Assembly: GCA_951406725.2 (NCBI GenBank)
Contig: OX597822.1
Coordinates: forward strand, 37,820,001-37,884,000
Direction: 5' to 3'
Origin: Octopus vulgaris
Lineage: Eukaryota
Length of the DNA: 64,000 nt
Shown: one piece after another, positions 52,037 through 64,000 of the stretch
How positions within the stretch are numbered: position 1 is the stretch's first letter
How the letters are laid out: every line of letters starts with the position of its first letter
Made by a program: the position numbers and the translations under genes
The notes under the pieces: generated by a model
What the model saw: only the letters and a program-made list of their open reading frames with translations
What the model was told of the DNA's origin: nothing
Databases searched by the model: none

Positions 52037-52152
52037 GAGTGAGAGAGCAGTGCATCCAATCAAAATGACACTGGGGTAGAAATGTACGAAGCCCAGTATA
52101 CCCATCATGACTACCCGTCTGATTAGGGTACACCAAGCACATGCATCACAGT
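52037..52152 (-). mobile_element. Short copy of the (TTA)n-inserted repeat seen at 16781
   Basis: gagtgagagagcagtgca...gggtacacca.gcacatgcatcaca shared. Confidence 0.7.
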
Positions 52153-52154
52153 CA

Positions 52155-52209
<55 letters not shown>

Positions 52210-52723
52210 GATAATTATTATTGTTGTTGTTGTTGTTGTTGTTATTCGCTTTTGGCTGAATTTTCTTCGTTTGTTATCGCTATGTATGTGCTATATAAAT
52301 TGTTATTTTCTTTGCTCTTTCAAGTTTTTGTGTTCCTCGAAATTTTGTTTGATCCTTTCGTTGCGAGATCAACCATTATTGCCAGGAGTTAGGACGTCTA
52401 GAGTTTTAGCTTGTGCTCCCATGGAAAATACGTTTCTCATTTTTGTCTGAAAAATTTAAGAAGGAAAGAAAAAGAATATAAACGCACGTAGGTTAGGGTA
52501 GCCGACTAACAAGGCACGGTAGGGGGGACAACTGGACGAGATACAAGTAGCAAAGGGAATCCTCACTTTCTGCTTAAATCTTTCATTGAAGAAGACCTTC
52601 TCCCTCTTTCAATCAACAAATCAATAACCATGACCATCACCTCTGTCACAAATACCATTAAGGAGAGTCGGCATTAGTAACAACCAGAAAAGCGGCAGCA
52701 GTAGCAGCAACAGCAGCAGCAGC

Positions 52724-52776
<53 letters not shown>

Positions 52777-52877
52777 AAACAGCCACAGCAACGTCTGCAC
52801 TGTGGTCTTCTTTGTTTCGTCAGCAAAATCAAGCCAGGACTCTCACCCTCCCTTTCTATCATTCTTTCCTATTCTTT

Positions 52878-53140
52878 GGAGGTGAATGGCCTAGTGGTTA
52901 AGGGTGTTGCACTCATGATCGTAACATCGTGGTTTCGATTCCCGGACCAGGCAGTGCATTATGTTCTTGAGCAAAACACTTCATTCCATAGTGCTCCGTC
53001 CACTCAATTGTAAATGATTAACCTTACAACGGATTGGCGCCTCGTTCAGGGGGAACGTTGTCATCTCGGTCATTTATACTACATGAAAACCAGGCAGCCG
53101 CCCCTATGAATTCTTGGACGCGGGAGAGTTCTTACTACTC
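52878..53140 (+). mobile_element. SINE family C-related copy
   Basis: tggcctagtggtta A-box, ggtttcgattccc B-box, tgttcttgagcaaaacactt box. Confidence 0.72.
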
Positions 53141-53286
53141 TTCTCTTTGCCTTACTAAACATGTTATCGTTCTAATTGATTAATCATCTTGTGTAAGACA
53201 TTGATTGATTAATCATCTTGTGTAAGACAAAATTGTCTGAATCCAGATGCCTTTAAATTGAACACGGGAACGGTCAACATGGCATA

Positions 53287-53386
<100 letters not shown>

Positions 53387-53402
53387 GTCTGTCTGTCTGT
53401 CC

Positions 53403-53434
<32 letters not shown>

Positions 53435-53491
53435 ATATATATATATATAAGTATATACACATACACATACATATATTTATTATATATATAT

Positions 53492-53942
<451 letters not shown>

Positions 53943-53987
53943 ACATATATACACATATACATACATACATACATACATACATATATG

Positions 53988-54025
<38 letters not shown>

Positions 54026-54026
54026 C

Positions 54027-54059
<33 letters not shown>

Positions 54060-54083
54060 AGTGCTTGTGTGTGTATATATGTA

Positions 54084-54766
<683 letters not shown>

Positions 54767-54779
54767 CATACATATATAT

Positions 54780-54875
<96 letters not shown>

Positions 54876-55740
54876 CATGTAGTGATACGTGTATGCATGT
54901 ATATATGTATATATATATAATTCCTTCTTTTCCATTCGGTCAAATTCTACGTTCATTTTTTTCTCTTCATTTCTAATTATCTCCTTTCTCCACATCTTCA
55001 TCATACACAAACTTCTCCCATGCACCCATTACCGTCTCTTGTCATTCTATCATTCTCTCCCCCTCTTTATTTAATTAAATAAAGTTCTGATTTATTCGTC
55101 CTCGTCCCTGTATTGCATAGCTCCGTCTTTCTTCTGTCCACCTTTCCTTTTCTACTTTATTACACTCATTCAATCTTCCTCTCTTTATCTTTATTCCGAC
55201 CTTCATTGGTATTTCAGTGTTTCTTCTGAATGCTGGATGATTGCTGCCTATCTCGTGTTTTCTCTCCTCCTCCTCCTCGTCGTCGTCACCGTCGTCGTGA
55301 TCATCATCATCAACATCACCCCCCCCCGCCACCACCACTTATCACCATAACCTTTCTTCCACTCTCCATCATTCTTTCACTCTTCCACCTGTTTATTCAT
55401 ATAGTTAATCCACCATTCCTTGCAAAACTTCATTTGTCTCTCTTCCACATCTTTCATCACAGTCACTGCTTTCTCTTTCCAAATTCCTATAGTATGATTA
55501 GGAATTATTTGAAACCAACACATCAAAGAAGATGACACATGATTTGACATAACACTAAACTTCCATTTATTCGGTACTCAAATAACTGGAACCCTCAAGC
55601 AAATGGGACCCAGAAAAAAATTAAATAAATATGTTGTTAATTAGATTAAAGAGAATGTGTGCTAATTTGAGTTAACTAATTGAATGTCATTAAAAGCAAA
55701 TTTCTACAGTATCTAAAATGGATCGTTGCTTCTCAAAGTA

Positions 55741-55859
55741 CCAGGGTGTAAGAAAAGTTTTGAGCCTTCAAGGCTTTTGCGCTTTGAAGTCTTGTACCTT
55801 CATCAGAAGTCTTGCACGATGTTTTTTTTCCCAGGCTCAAAACTTTTTATACACTCCCG
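55741..55859. mobile_element. Mariner-type MITE (119 bp)
   Basis: TA TSD; imperfect 27-bp TIRs ccagggtgtaagaaaagttttgagcct / aggctcaaaactttttatacactcccg. Confidence 0.8.
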
Positions 55860-56143
55860 TACAGTACAGTATATTGTTTTATTGTATTTACAGTACCTGC
55901 ATTTTATTAGGTTGATAAAACTTGTACTTCACTATAAATATTTATTTCTTCCTAATTCCCTTATTTCTTCTGTATTCAGAATATTAAAGATTATCCTGAT
56001 GTATACATAGAGTTTTAATGAGTTTTATACGATGCTATGGTAATTTAAAAAGTAACGTTCTGATATTCGGAAAATTTAATAATCTGGCAACCCTTATGTT
56101 CTAGTGGTGACGAGTAGGTGGAAGTTTGCTGCACACACACACA

Positions 56144-56215
<72 letters not shown>

Positions 56216-56742
56216 TCGAAGTGTACAGTATTATATATATCCATTAGTCAATCTTGTAAATCGGTTTCGCACAGGGTATGATACTGGATGTCACGTAGCA
56301 GTTCGGTTAAGTAATACCGCGTATTCGTCATAGCTGGGATGTATGGAAAAAATATGGCAGTTGTTTTCTGTTGTTGGAGGTGAAAAAACACATCCAGTTT
56401 TTTAGGTGCTCAAGTAGAAGTAGCACTAATTGTGTCTTTAACAGTCACTGTTACACGAAAATAGTCGTAAATGGGACAGAAGTAACATCAAAAGGTGCAA
56501 ATGAGTTACCAAATGTGCGGAAGTATGCGGAGTGGCAGAAGGTCTCTTCAGATCCAGATTCAATAGCCATAAATTCTTCAATATCTCGGAGAGACGAAAT
56601 GCCACTGCCCTGGTCAGGCATGTATAATCGTCAATGGAAAGTACAAAGGATATGCTATAAAGAGGAAAACATGTATGTATGAGTGTATATACATACATAC
56701 ATACATACATACATACATACATACATACATACATACATACAT

Positions 56743-56894
<152 letters not shown>

Positions 56895-57189
56895 CAGCGA
56901 GCACTAGGTAGTTGATTATAAAACAAAATACGAGGGAAAAGTATACAAAAATCCCAGGAAAACAGTAGCGCTTTGAACAAGATAACATCAAAGAAATAAG
57001 GCATAAAACATCAGGCCTAATGATGTAGCCGTGGTGGACGACTACATGCCAGTCTCATGTGACAGCTGTTCGTGCCGTCTACAACATCCCACAGATTTAG
57101 TGAGTCCTTGAAACTGCAGGGGCCACCGGTGGCTGAGTCCTCTTACTGACGATTTCCTAGACACAACAGTTCATAGGTTTTGTATCAAT

Positions 57190-57500
57190 TCGCCTTAGTC
57201 TTGCCCGGCATAAACTGCCTTCTCCTCATTACGTAGGATAGTAACATCGTGCGCCACACATCTTGAGCTGCTTGGTGATGGCCAACATCAACTCGCTGGG
57301 GTTGTCGTTGATGGAAAAACCCGGCCGTCCTTACGACGTGTAATCGCTGAAAATCTCTTTGACCAAGGATAACACGTCCCCATTGAGAGGACTCGCCTCT
57401 TTTTTGACTCCTAACACAAAGAACCCAACCACACTTCAGAGCTGGCGATCTCCAAATCACTGTTGTTGACACAGCTACAGTCACAAGCTCAGCGTCAAAG
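57190..57500 (-). pseudogene. Highly decayed Tc1/mariner-superfamily (maT-like) transposase N-terminus
   Basis: Frameshifted pieces NNSDLEIASS, SFVLGVKKE, NGDVLSLVK, VRTAGF, INDNPSELMLAITKQLKM. Confidence 0.45.
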
Positions 57501-58995
57501 TGGAATTTACCGTGATGACGGTTGTTGATATATCTGAAAGAGAAATGAAAAAGTTTAAATTTGGCAAATGTCATGTAACATTACGTTTGGTTGTCTTTGT
57601 TTATAAATAACCTGTGTAACCTCTCTGTATGTATGTGTGGGTATACGTGTGTATATGTATGTACCTATGTATGTGTCTGTTATCTCCATATGCATGTATA
57701 TATGCATGTATTTGTGTGTTTGTGTGTATATGCATGTAAATGTACTCGTATGTGTGTATGTATGCATGCATATATGTGTACGTATGTGCTTATATGTATG
57801 TATGAATTAGTGAAAAATAATCAAAAGCGTTATCAATGCATGTGGCTACTCGACACGTTAAAAGCAGCAGCGAAATCACACCCTAGGGAGTTGCAAAAAG
57901 AAAAAAAAATTTAAATAATAACAATAAATAAAAAGAGAAAAAGCAACTTTATATATGAAGTAGAAAGTAGATGATGAGATAACCACCACCACCGCCACCA
58001 ACAATAACATCACTACCACCATCACCACCACCACCACCACCACCACCACCACCACCACAACCACCACCACCACCACCACCACCACCATGACGCTACCACA
58101 ATAACCATCACCATCAGCACACTACAACTGCAACATTGTAACCACCACCGCCGCCGCCGCCGCCACCACCACCATAACACTACAATGATCACCATCATTG
58201 CTACATCAACATCACTACCACGGCCAACACAATCACTAACCCCCATCACCACCCCACTACCACCCCCACCACCACCACCACAACTACCCCCCCCCACCAC
58301 AAACCACCAAGTCTTTCACTACAATCACTGCCACCAGCCACGCCAGCGCCGCCACATAAAGACGATGTCTCCCTGGTAGTAAAATGCTTGGGACGGTGAA
58401 ATGTGGAACCGTTGACAAGTGTGAGGCTTCAGCTTGCTATGGATGCATAGAAGTGAAACCTTTCATATGGCCTATATAAGGAGGAGCGGAAGGAAAACGT
58501 GTGTGTGCGTGTGTGTGTGGGGGGAGGTGATGTGGTGGAAGTTGGGGGTGGGTGGGAGAAAGGTGACCACATGAGGAGGAGGAGGAACAAGAGAAGGAGA
58601 AGGAGGAGGAAGAAGAAGAAGAAGAAGAAGAAGAAGAAGAAGAAGAAGAAGAAGAAGAAGAAGAAGAAGAAGAAGAAGAAGAAGAAGAAGAAGAAGAAGA
58701 AGAAGAAGAAGAAGAAGAGGTACTGCAGAGAAATACAATGGTAGTAGCGGTGGTGGCGGTGAGTGGAGAGTGATAGAGTGAGTGAGAGAGAGAGAGGGGA
58801 TAGGAAGAGTGAATGAGGTTTGGACGTGATGCAGGTTGATAGTAATAGTAGTAGTGGTGTTAGTAGTCGTGGTGGTGGTAGTGGTGGTGGTGGTTGTGGT
58901 AGCAGTGGTGGTGGTTAAAGAGGTAATGATGATGCTGGCTGTTGTATTAGTGGTTACGGTAATTATGATGGTGGCGATGATAGTAGTAGTAGTAT

Positions 58996-59048
<53 letters not shown>

Positions 59049-60095
59049 AGTAGTGATGGTAGTGGTTGGGATAGCGATAGTAATGGTCGTGTTTATAATG
59101 GTAGTAGTGGTAAGTGGTAAGTGGTAGTGGTTGTGGTTGTAGTTGCAGTGCTAGTTGGCGTGGTATTGGTAACGGTAATGATGATAATGATGATAGCAAT
59201 GGTCATTGTAATAGTAGAGATAATGATGGGAGTGGTGGTGATGGTGGTGGTTGTGGTGGTGGTAGTGCTGTTGCTGTTATTGTTTAACTCCAGATTTTGC
59301 TGCTATTTCTAGCAGTACAAGTGACTGCATAGAGGTTCCTTCCGAAGATTAGAAAAGCAAATATGAAGATGATGTAAAGCAATTAATATATTTTAATATA
59401 CCTCGGTCTCTGTCTGTCTGTCTGTCTACCTGGTTGTCTGTCTATTTCTTTATCTCTTGTTATTTCTCTCTCTCTCTAATTTCTGGAAGTGTGCGTGTAT
59501 ACACGTACACACACACATATACCTTCCCCCATATACGTCTCTGTGTGTCACACACACATTCACACACACACACACACACGCACGCACACGCACACATACA
59601 CGCGCGCGCGCGCCTACATATATTTTCCCCAATACATCTTTCAATATATCTTTATTAGTCACAGTGCTGACTATTCTAAAGAAGCGCTTAATGAAATCTA
59701 ACCTAATACACACACACACACACATCTACACATACACACACACATACACATGCGCACACACACATACACAATCAAAATATGCCATGCCATAGTGCGTACG
59801 AATATTAATATTAAAACGATATCAGTTTACTGTAGACTTGGTGTTTTGTTTCGATTGCTAATTCAATCTCATCAGTGAACAAAGAAACTGTCTATATAGC
59901 AGTCTTATAATTACAACTTTGTGCTATTCCATGTTATTATTGGTGAGATAGTAATATAGCAACCAGATCTGTTGACTGGCACATTTTCACAAAATATGCA
60001 AAATTTACCATACGGACACAATTTATGCACAGAAAGTACTAAAATGGTTCGAAATACTAAGAGCAACAGCTATTTTCCAACAAATTTGTAAATAC

Positions 60096-60258
60096 AGGCA
60101 CAGGTGTAACTGTGTGGTAAGATGCTTGCTGCTCAGCCACATGGTTCCGGGTTCAGTTCCACTGCGCGACACCTTGGGCAAGTGTCTTTTACTATAGTCT
60201 CGGGCCGATCAAAGCCTTGTGAGTGGATTTGGCAGACGGAAAGTGAAAGAACCTCTTG
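60096..60258 (+). mobile_element. SINE family A, 5' half
   Basis: Head, B-box and accttgggcaagtgtctt box. Confidence 0.8.
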
Positions 60259-60262
60259 TTAT

Positions 60263-60293
<31 letters not shown>

Positions 60294-60393
60294 CATAAGA
60301 GAACAAAAAAGGGTCATTCAATATGTGACCGCGTGTGTATCTTGGCGATTTTTACCCTCCGTCTTCCCTTCCTTGGATCTTTCCTTTTTCTAT

Positions 60394-60428
60394 GTTTGTG
60401 ACGAAGAGCTCAGCTCGAAATGTTAAAT
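60394..60428 (+). ncRNA. Decayed ultra-minimal hammerhead motif
   Basis: gttt-GTGACGA-a-gagc-tca-gctc-GAAA-TG-TT-aaat; two changes from CTGACGA...GAAACGTT; about 100 nt before (TA)n. Confidence 0.55.
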
Positions 60429-60848
60429 CGTCCTTCTTTCTTTCCTTTCCTGAGCGTCCAAAAAGCACTTGTTCCACGTCCTCGCGTTGTTGTGTTTTCC
60501 CTTTGTGTTTTCATGCTTGGATTAACGATATATATATATATTAGTGTACATTTAAACACAAAAGAGGCGACCTTTAACAGGCAGCCTTACATGCTAGAAG
60601 GAGCAGTCAAAACATCCAAAACCACATTTAAGAGCAATTTCGAAGGGAATGAACAATATGAACTTTTACCTTTTTTTTTACAGCCATACCTAGGTTTCGA
60701 ACTCTAATTAGCAAATAAAATAATTTGCTAGGCGAAGTTCTCATCAGTGGCTACACCAAAACACTAACATATAATTTAGAGACAGAATAGCACGTGTCTC
60801 ATCATTATATATTATAATTTTTCAAATTCACCGCGCAAGCGCGGTTTC

Positions 60849-61018
60849 GATCGTTGGTGAGTGAAAAGTGCCGAATTAACTTCCGAAATGACTAAAATCA
60901 TATTCATAAATTAACATAGGATAGCAAAATTTTAGAAATTTCACTACCAGCATCTATAAAAGTCAATAGACAACATATTTTCGGAAGTTAATTCAGCACT
61001 TTTCATTTGCTGCCGATT
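60849..61018. repeat. About 40-bp inverted repeats bounding a 170-bp unit (MITE-like)
   Basis: tgaaaagtgccgaattaacttccgaaa / tttcggaagttaattcagcacttttca. Confidence 0.7.
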
Positions 61019-61052
61019 AAAATTCTACAATATAGTATTTTGTGTGTGTGTG

Positions 61053-61458
61053 TGTGGTCCCACACAATAATATCTGGTCGATTGTGTTTTGACTTGGTGG
61101 TTATTTTTATTTTCAAGTTTCACCAAGACTCTCTTGACTCATCGGCCATCGGAGTCAATATAGTCAAGTTCGTGATGGAAGTTTTTATTTTTCTCATCCC
61201 GTTCCAAACTGTTCTCATCTCCGCTCAATGCCTCATGTGAAGATGGTGTCTAGAAGACAATCTTTCGCAGTTAGCAATAACTTTGGCTGGTGTCTTCAGC
61301 TTTGGGTTTGCAAACCCTACATTTGTTGTCGGCCAGTGCCTTTTGCTTTGAATACTGCAGGTATTTGGTGTGGATTGCTTGTTCTTGAATTGTATGGAGG
61401 TAGCCTTCAAAGTGGAATGTCATAAACTTATCGGTACTCTATGCCAATGTTTTGATAA
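61053..61458 (-). mobile_element. R4/Dong-clade LINE internal fragment (zinc knuckle and start of RLE)
   Basis: FEGYLHTIQEQAIHTKY...NKCRVCK...(frameshift)VIANCERLSSRHHLHMRH and KHNRPDIIVW. Confidence 0.8.
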
Positions 61459-61479
61459 TATCTATCTATCTATCTATCT

Positions 61480-62466
61480 TAGTGGAGGGGAGGTACGACG
61501 ACGATCTCGGTGCAAACCTGGGCGTCGACGAGGAATACCTGACCCGCCTGTTTCAAACGACTTTCGGCCCGGGACCTATGGACAACTTCCAGAGATCCCT
61601 GGCCTGGCGGTGCTACCGAGAAGCGCTACCCGTTCGGGATAAGCTCTATAGGCATGGCTCGAGAAACACGGGGCCGACCTGCCCGAGATGCGGGCAGAGC
61701 GACGAAACCGCTCTGCACGCAATCGTGCAGTGTCCAGCAATTTCCCACCTGTGGGCTTATGTCGAACGACTGCTGTCACGTGTGGGACGTGTCGGTTTAT
61801 CAGCCGAGTCTATCGTTAATATCGTCACGCCTCCTTCCTTCAAACGGGAAGGAAGAGCTATTTTTATCATACTTGTGGCTATGGCGAAAGAATGTATCTG
61901 GTGGACGCGCCTGAAAGGATTAGAGACAAACACTTTCCTCTCTGGTCAATCTCTCATCAACTTCTTCAAGTATCACTTGAGGAGGAAAGTGAGAGTAGAG
62001 AGGCAAGTTTTGTCTAGTGAATGTTTTAAAAAAAGATGGGTGAATGTAACAAGGATGGCACGTATGAATGACGAAGCCACCTTGACTATGATTCTATGAA
62101 CCATAAAAATTAATACAGAGAGTTGCTTATTTGCAAAAAAAAAAAAATAATAAAAGAAAGAAATATAACATGTGACTTCACTGACCGAGGTTACCGTGGT
62201 CTTTTCCGTAGGCTTTTCTTTCCACGGGTAAACCTCACCTGTCCTCCCCTTTACACTTCATATTGACATTTCTGTGATAACGATCCCTATTGATCAATTA
62301 TTTTCCTCTCCCCCCTTTTTTTAACCCCCCTTTTTTGTCCTCTTTCTCTCCTTTTACGATCCCTTTTGATCGAAACTCCCCCCCTTTTTTTTTAATCTTC
62401 AAAAGAAAAGCTCTACCTTGTAATTTGTTCTATCTGTGTGCAGCCCTGTTTGGCTAATAAAGAAAC
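61480..62466 (+). mobile_element. L1/Tx1-clade LINE 3' fragment inserted in (TATC)n
   Basis: Open frame to 62099 with zf-RVT motif LAWRCYREALPV...TCPRCGQSDETALHAIVQCP..SHLW; 3' UTR hairpin gaggttaccgtgg/ccacgggtaaacctc; ends aataaagaaac; (TATC)n on both sides. Confidence 0.88.
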
Positions 62467-62467
62467 A

Positions 62468-62612
<145 letters not shown>

Positions 62613-62747
62613 GTGTGTGTGTGTGCGCGCGCGTGTATATAAATATATATATATGGAGAGAGAGAGAGAGAGAGAGAGAGAAGAGAAAATTGTTAAGAGC
62701 CAATGCACACTAATTTCTACTGATTAATAATGAAAACACCAATAGGA

Positions 62748-62819
<72 letters not shown>

Positions 62820-62825
62820 TATATG

Positions 62826-64000
62826 CACTGCATTTCAGATTATTAATGATGTAACTTTCTTTTATCTTTTGTAGAAACTACACGTTGGAATTTAACAAAA
62901 TTTCCATAGAATAATAGCAACAGTTATATGCGCTTAGTGTGTAAAAAACGTGACGTTTTGCACATATGTAAACAAACGGCGACCATTTGCATGATTTCCA
63001 CGAACTTTCAGTGTTCCAAATTATTAGCGAGTGGTCTGATAATTGTGTAATTATAGGTCGTAAAAGTGACTTAACTGCTTCAGAGAAATCTGTTATTCTG
63101 TTATTACTTGCAGAAGGTAAATCAACATTAGAAATATCTAAAATAATTGGAAGTTATCGCAAAACTATGAAAAAATAAATTGTTGCAGCTTCTACATAGA
63201 TACGTATGATAGCCGACGAGAATCAGTCGAGGGCTGTTTCTCAATGTTCTCTGCCACGAATGAAGCGTGAAGCTGTGAAGAACCCAGGTCTTACAAGTGG
63301 AGAACTTTTCAAGTGCATTAGTGAAACAACTGTGTTCAGAACTACCCGATGTTGTCTTCTGAAAAAGGTCGGCAAACTAATGACATCAGTTAAAAGGCTT
63401 CCTTTAAACAAAATACACATACAAAATCGTCTGAAATGGGCAGATGATAACATGAAGGTTGATTTTTCAAAAGTTTTGTTTACGAACGAAACTCGTGCTA
63501 CTCTTGATGGACTGATGGCTGGAGCAAGGGTTGGGTTGTAAATGAAGGAGATCATCATCAATGCTTGAGAGCAGGAGGAGGCATCATGATTTGGGCAGGT
63601 GTTATTGGAGCTATGGTTGGTCTTTGGAAAGTGCCTGACGGTGTTAAAATGACTGAAGATGCTTACATAGCTTTCCTGAAGGAACACCTTGAACCTTGGT
63701 TAAAAATGCAAAGAATCACCTCCAAGACAACCATAATATTTATGCAAGATAATACGCACTCAGCGAAGAAAACTACAAAGTGTCTGCAACAATTAAGCTT
63801 CTGTTGACCTCGGAAGATGAAGTGGCCTGCCTGTTCCTCCGACGTAAACCCAATAAAAAATCTTGTGGGGTACTCTAAAGCGACGAATTTACGAAAATGG
63901 ACGCCAATTTACGAGTAAGGGTGGCAGGCAATATTAGATGTATCTCATGGTATAACATCAGAGATCCAGAAATTGGCATGTTCAATGGACCACCACCTTT
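62826..64000 (+). mobile_element. Tc1-family transposon, decayed, runs off the window end
   Basis: GRKSDLTASEKS...GKSTLEISKIIG, DFSKVLFTNETR, GGGIMIWAG, IIFMQDN, WPACSSDVNPIKNL; stops and frameshifts; starts after a TA tract. Confidence 0.9.

Noticed and set aside
53176-53229. Short tandem duplication of ttgattaatcatcttgtgtaagaca
   Set aside because: Ordinary local duplication with no further structure.
56250-56660. Unique-looking stretch as a coding exon
   Set aside because: Short frames only, no recognisable motif or convincing splice-site pair.

Overview
Repeat-saturated animal intergenic or intronic DNA. The SINE families, Dong/R4 and RTE LINEs and extreme microsatellite load suggest an octopus genome (inference; not verified). 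No intact host gene can be supported, and nearly all ORFs in the track are microsatellite artefacts. Recognisable mobile elements: three abundant tRNA-type SINE families, RTE, R4/Dong and L1/Tx1 LINE fragments, decayed mariner, Tc1 and hAT transposases, several MITEs, a Ty3/Gypsy element (5-bp TSD) nested in a hAT transposase, and two Penelope-like elements (PLEs) with GIY-YIG endonuclease. Main signal: about a dozen minimal type I hammerhead ribozyme (HHR) motifs with palindromic stem III, intact or variant, read directly from the sequence. Most sit about 40-135 nt inside the 3' end of an element embedded in (TA)n. Two lie in the 3' UTRs of the coding PLEs. The rest lie in short non-coding units with different sequences, arranged as head-to-head inverted pairs (MITE mimics) or as monomer plus terminal direct repeat (retrozyme-like). 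Together they suggest a (TA)n-targeted, ribozyme-bearing system of autonomous PLEs and non-autonomous partners, including unusual core variants. All folds are by eye and need computational and biochemical confirmation.
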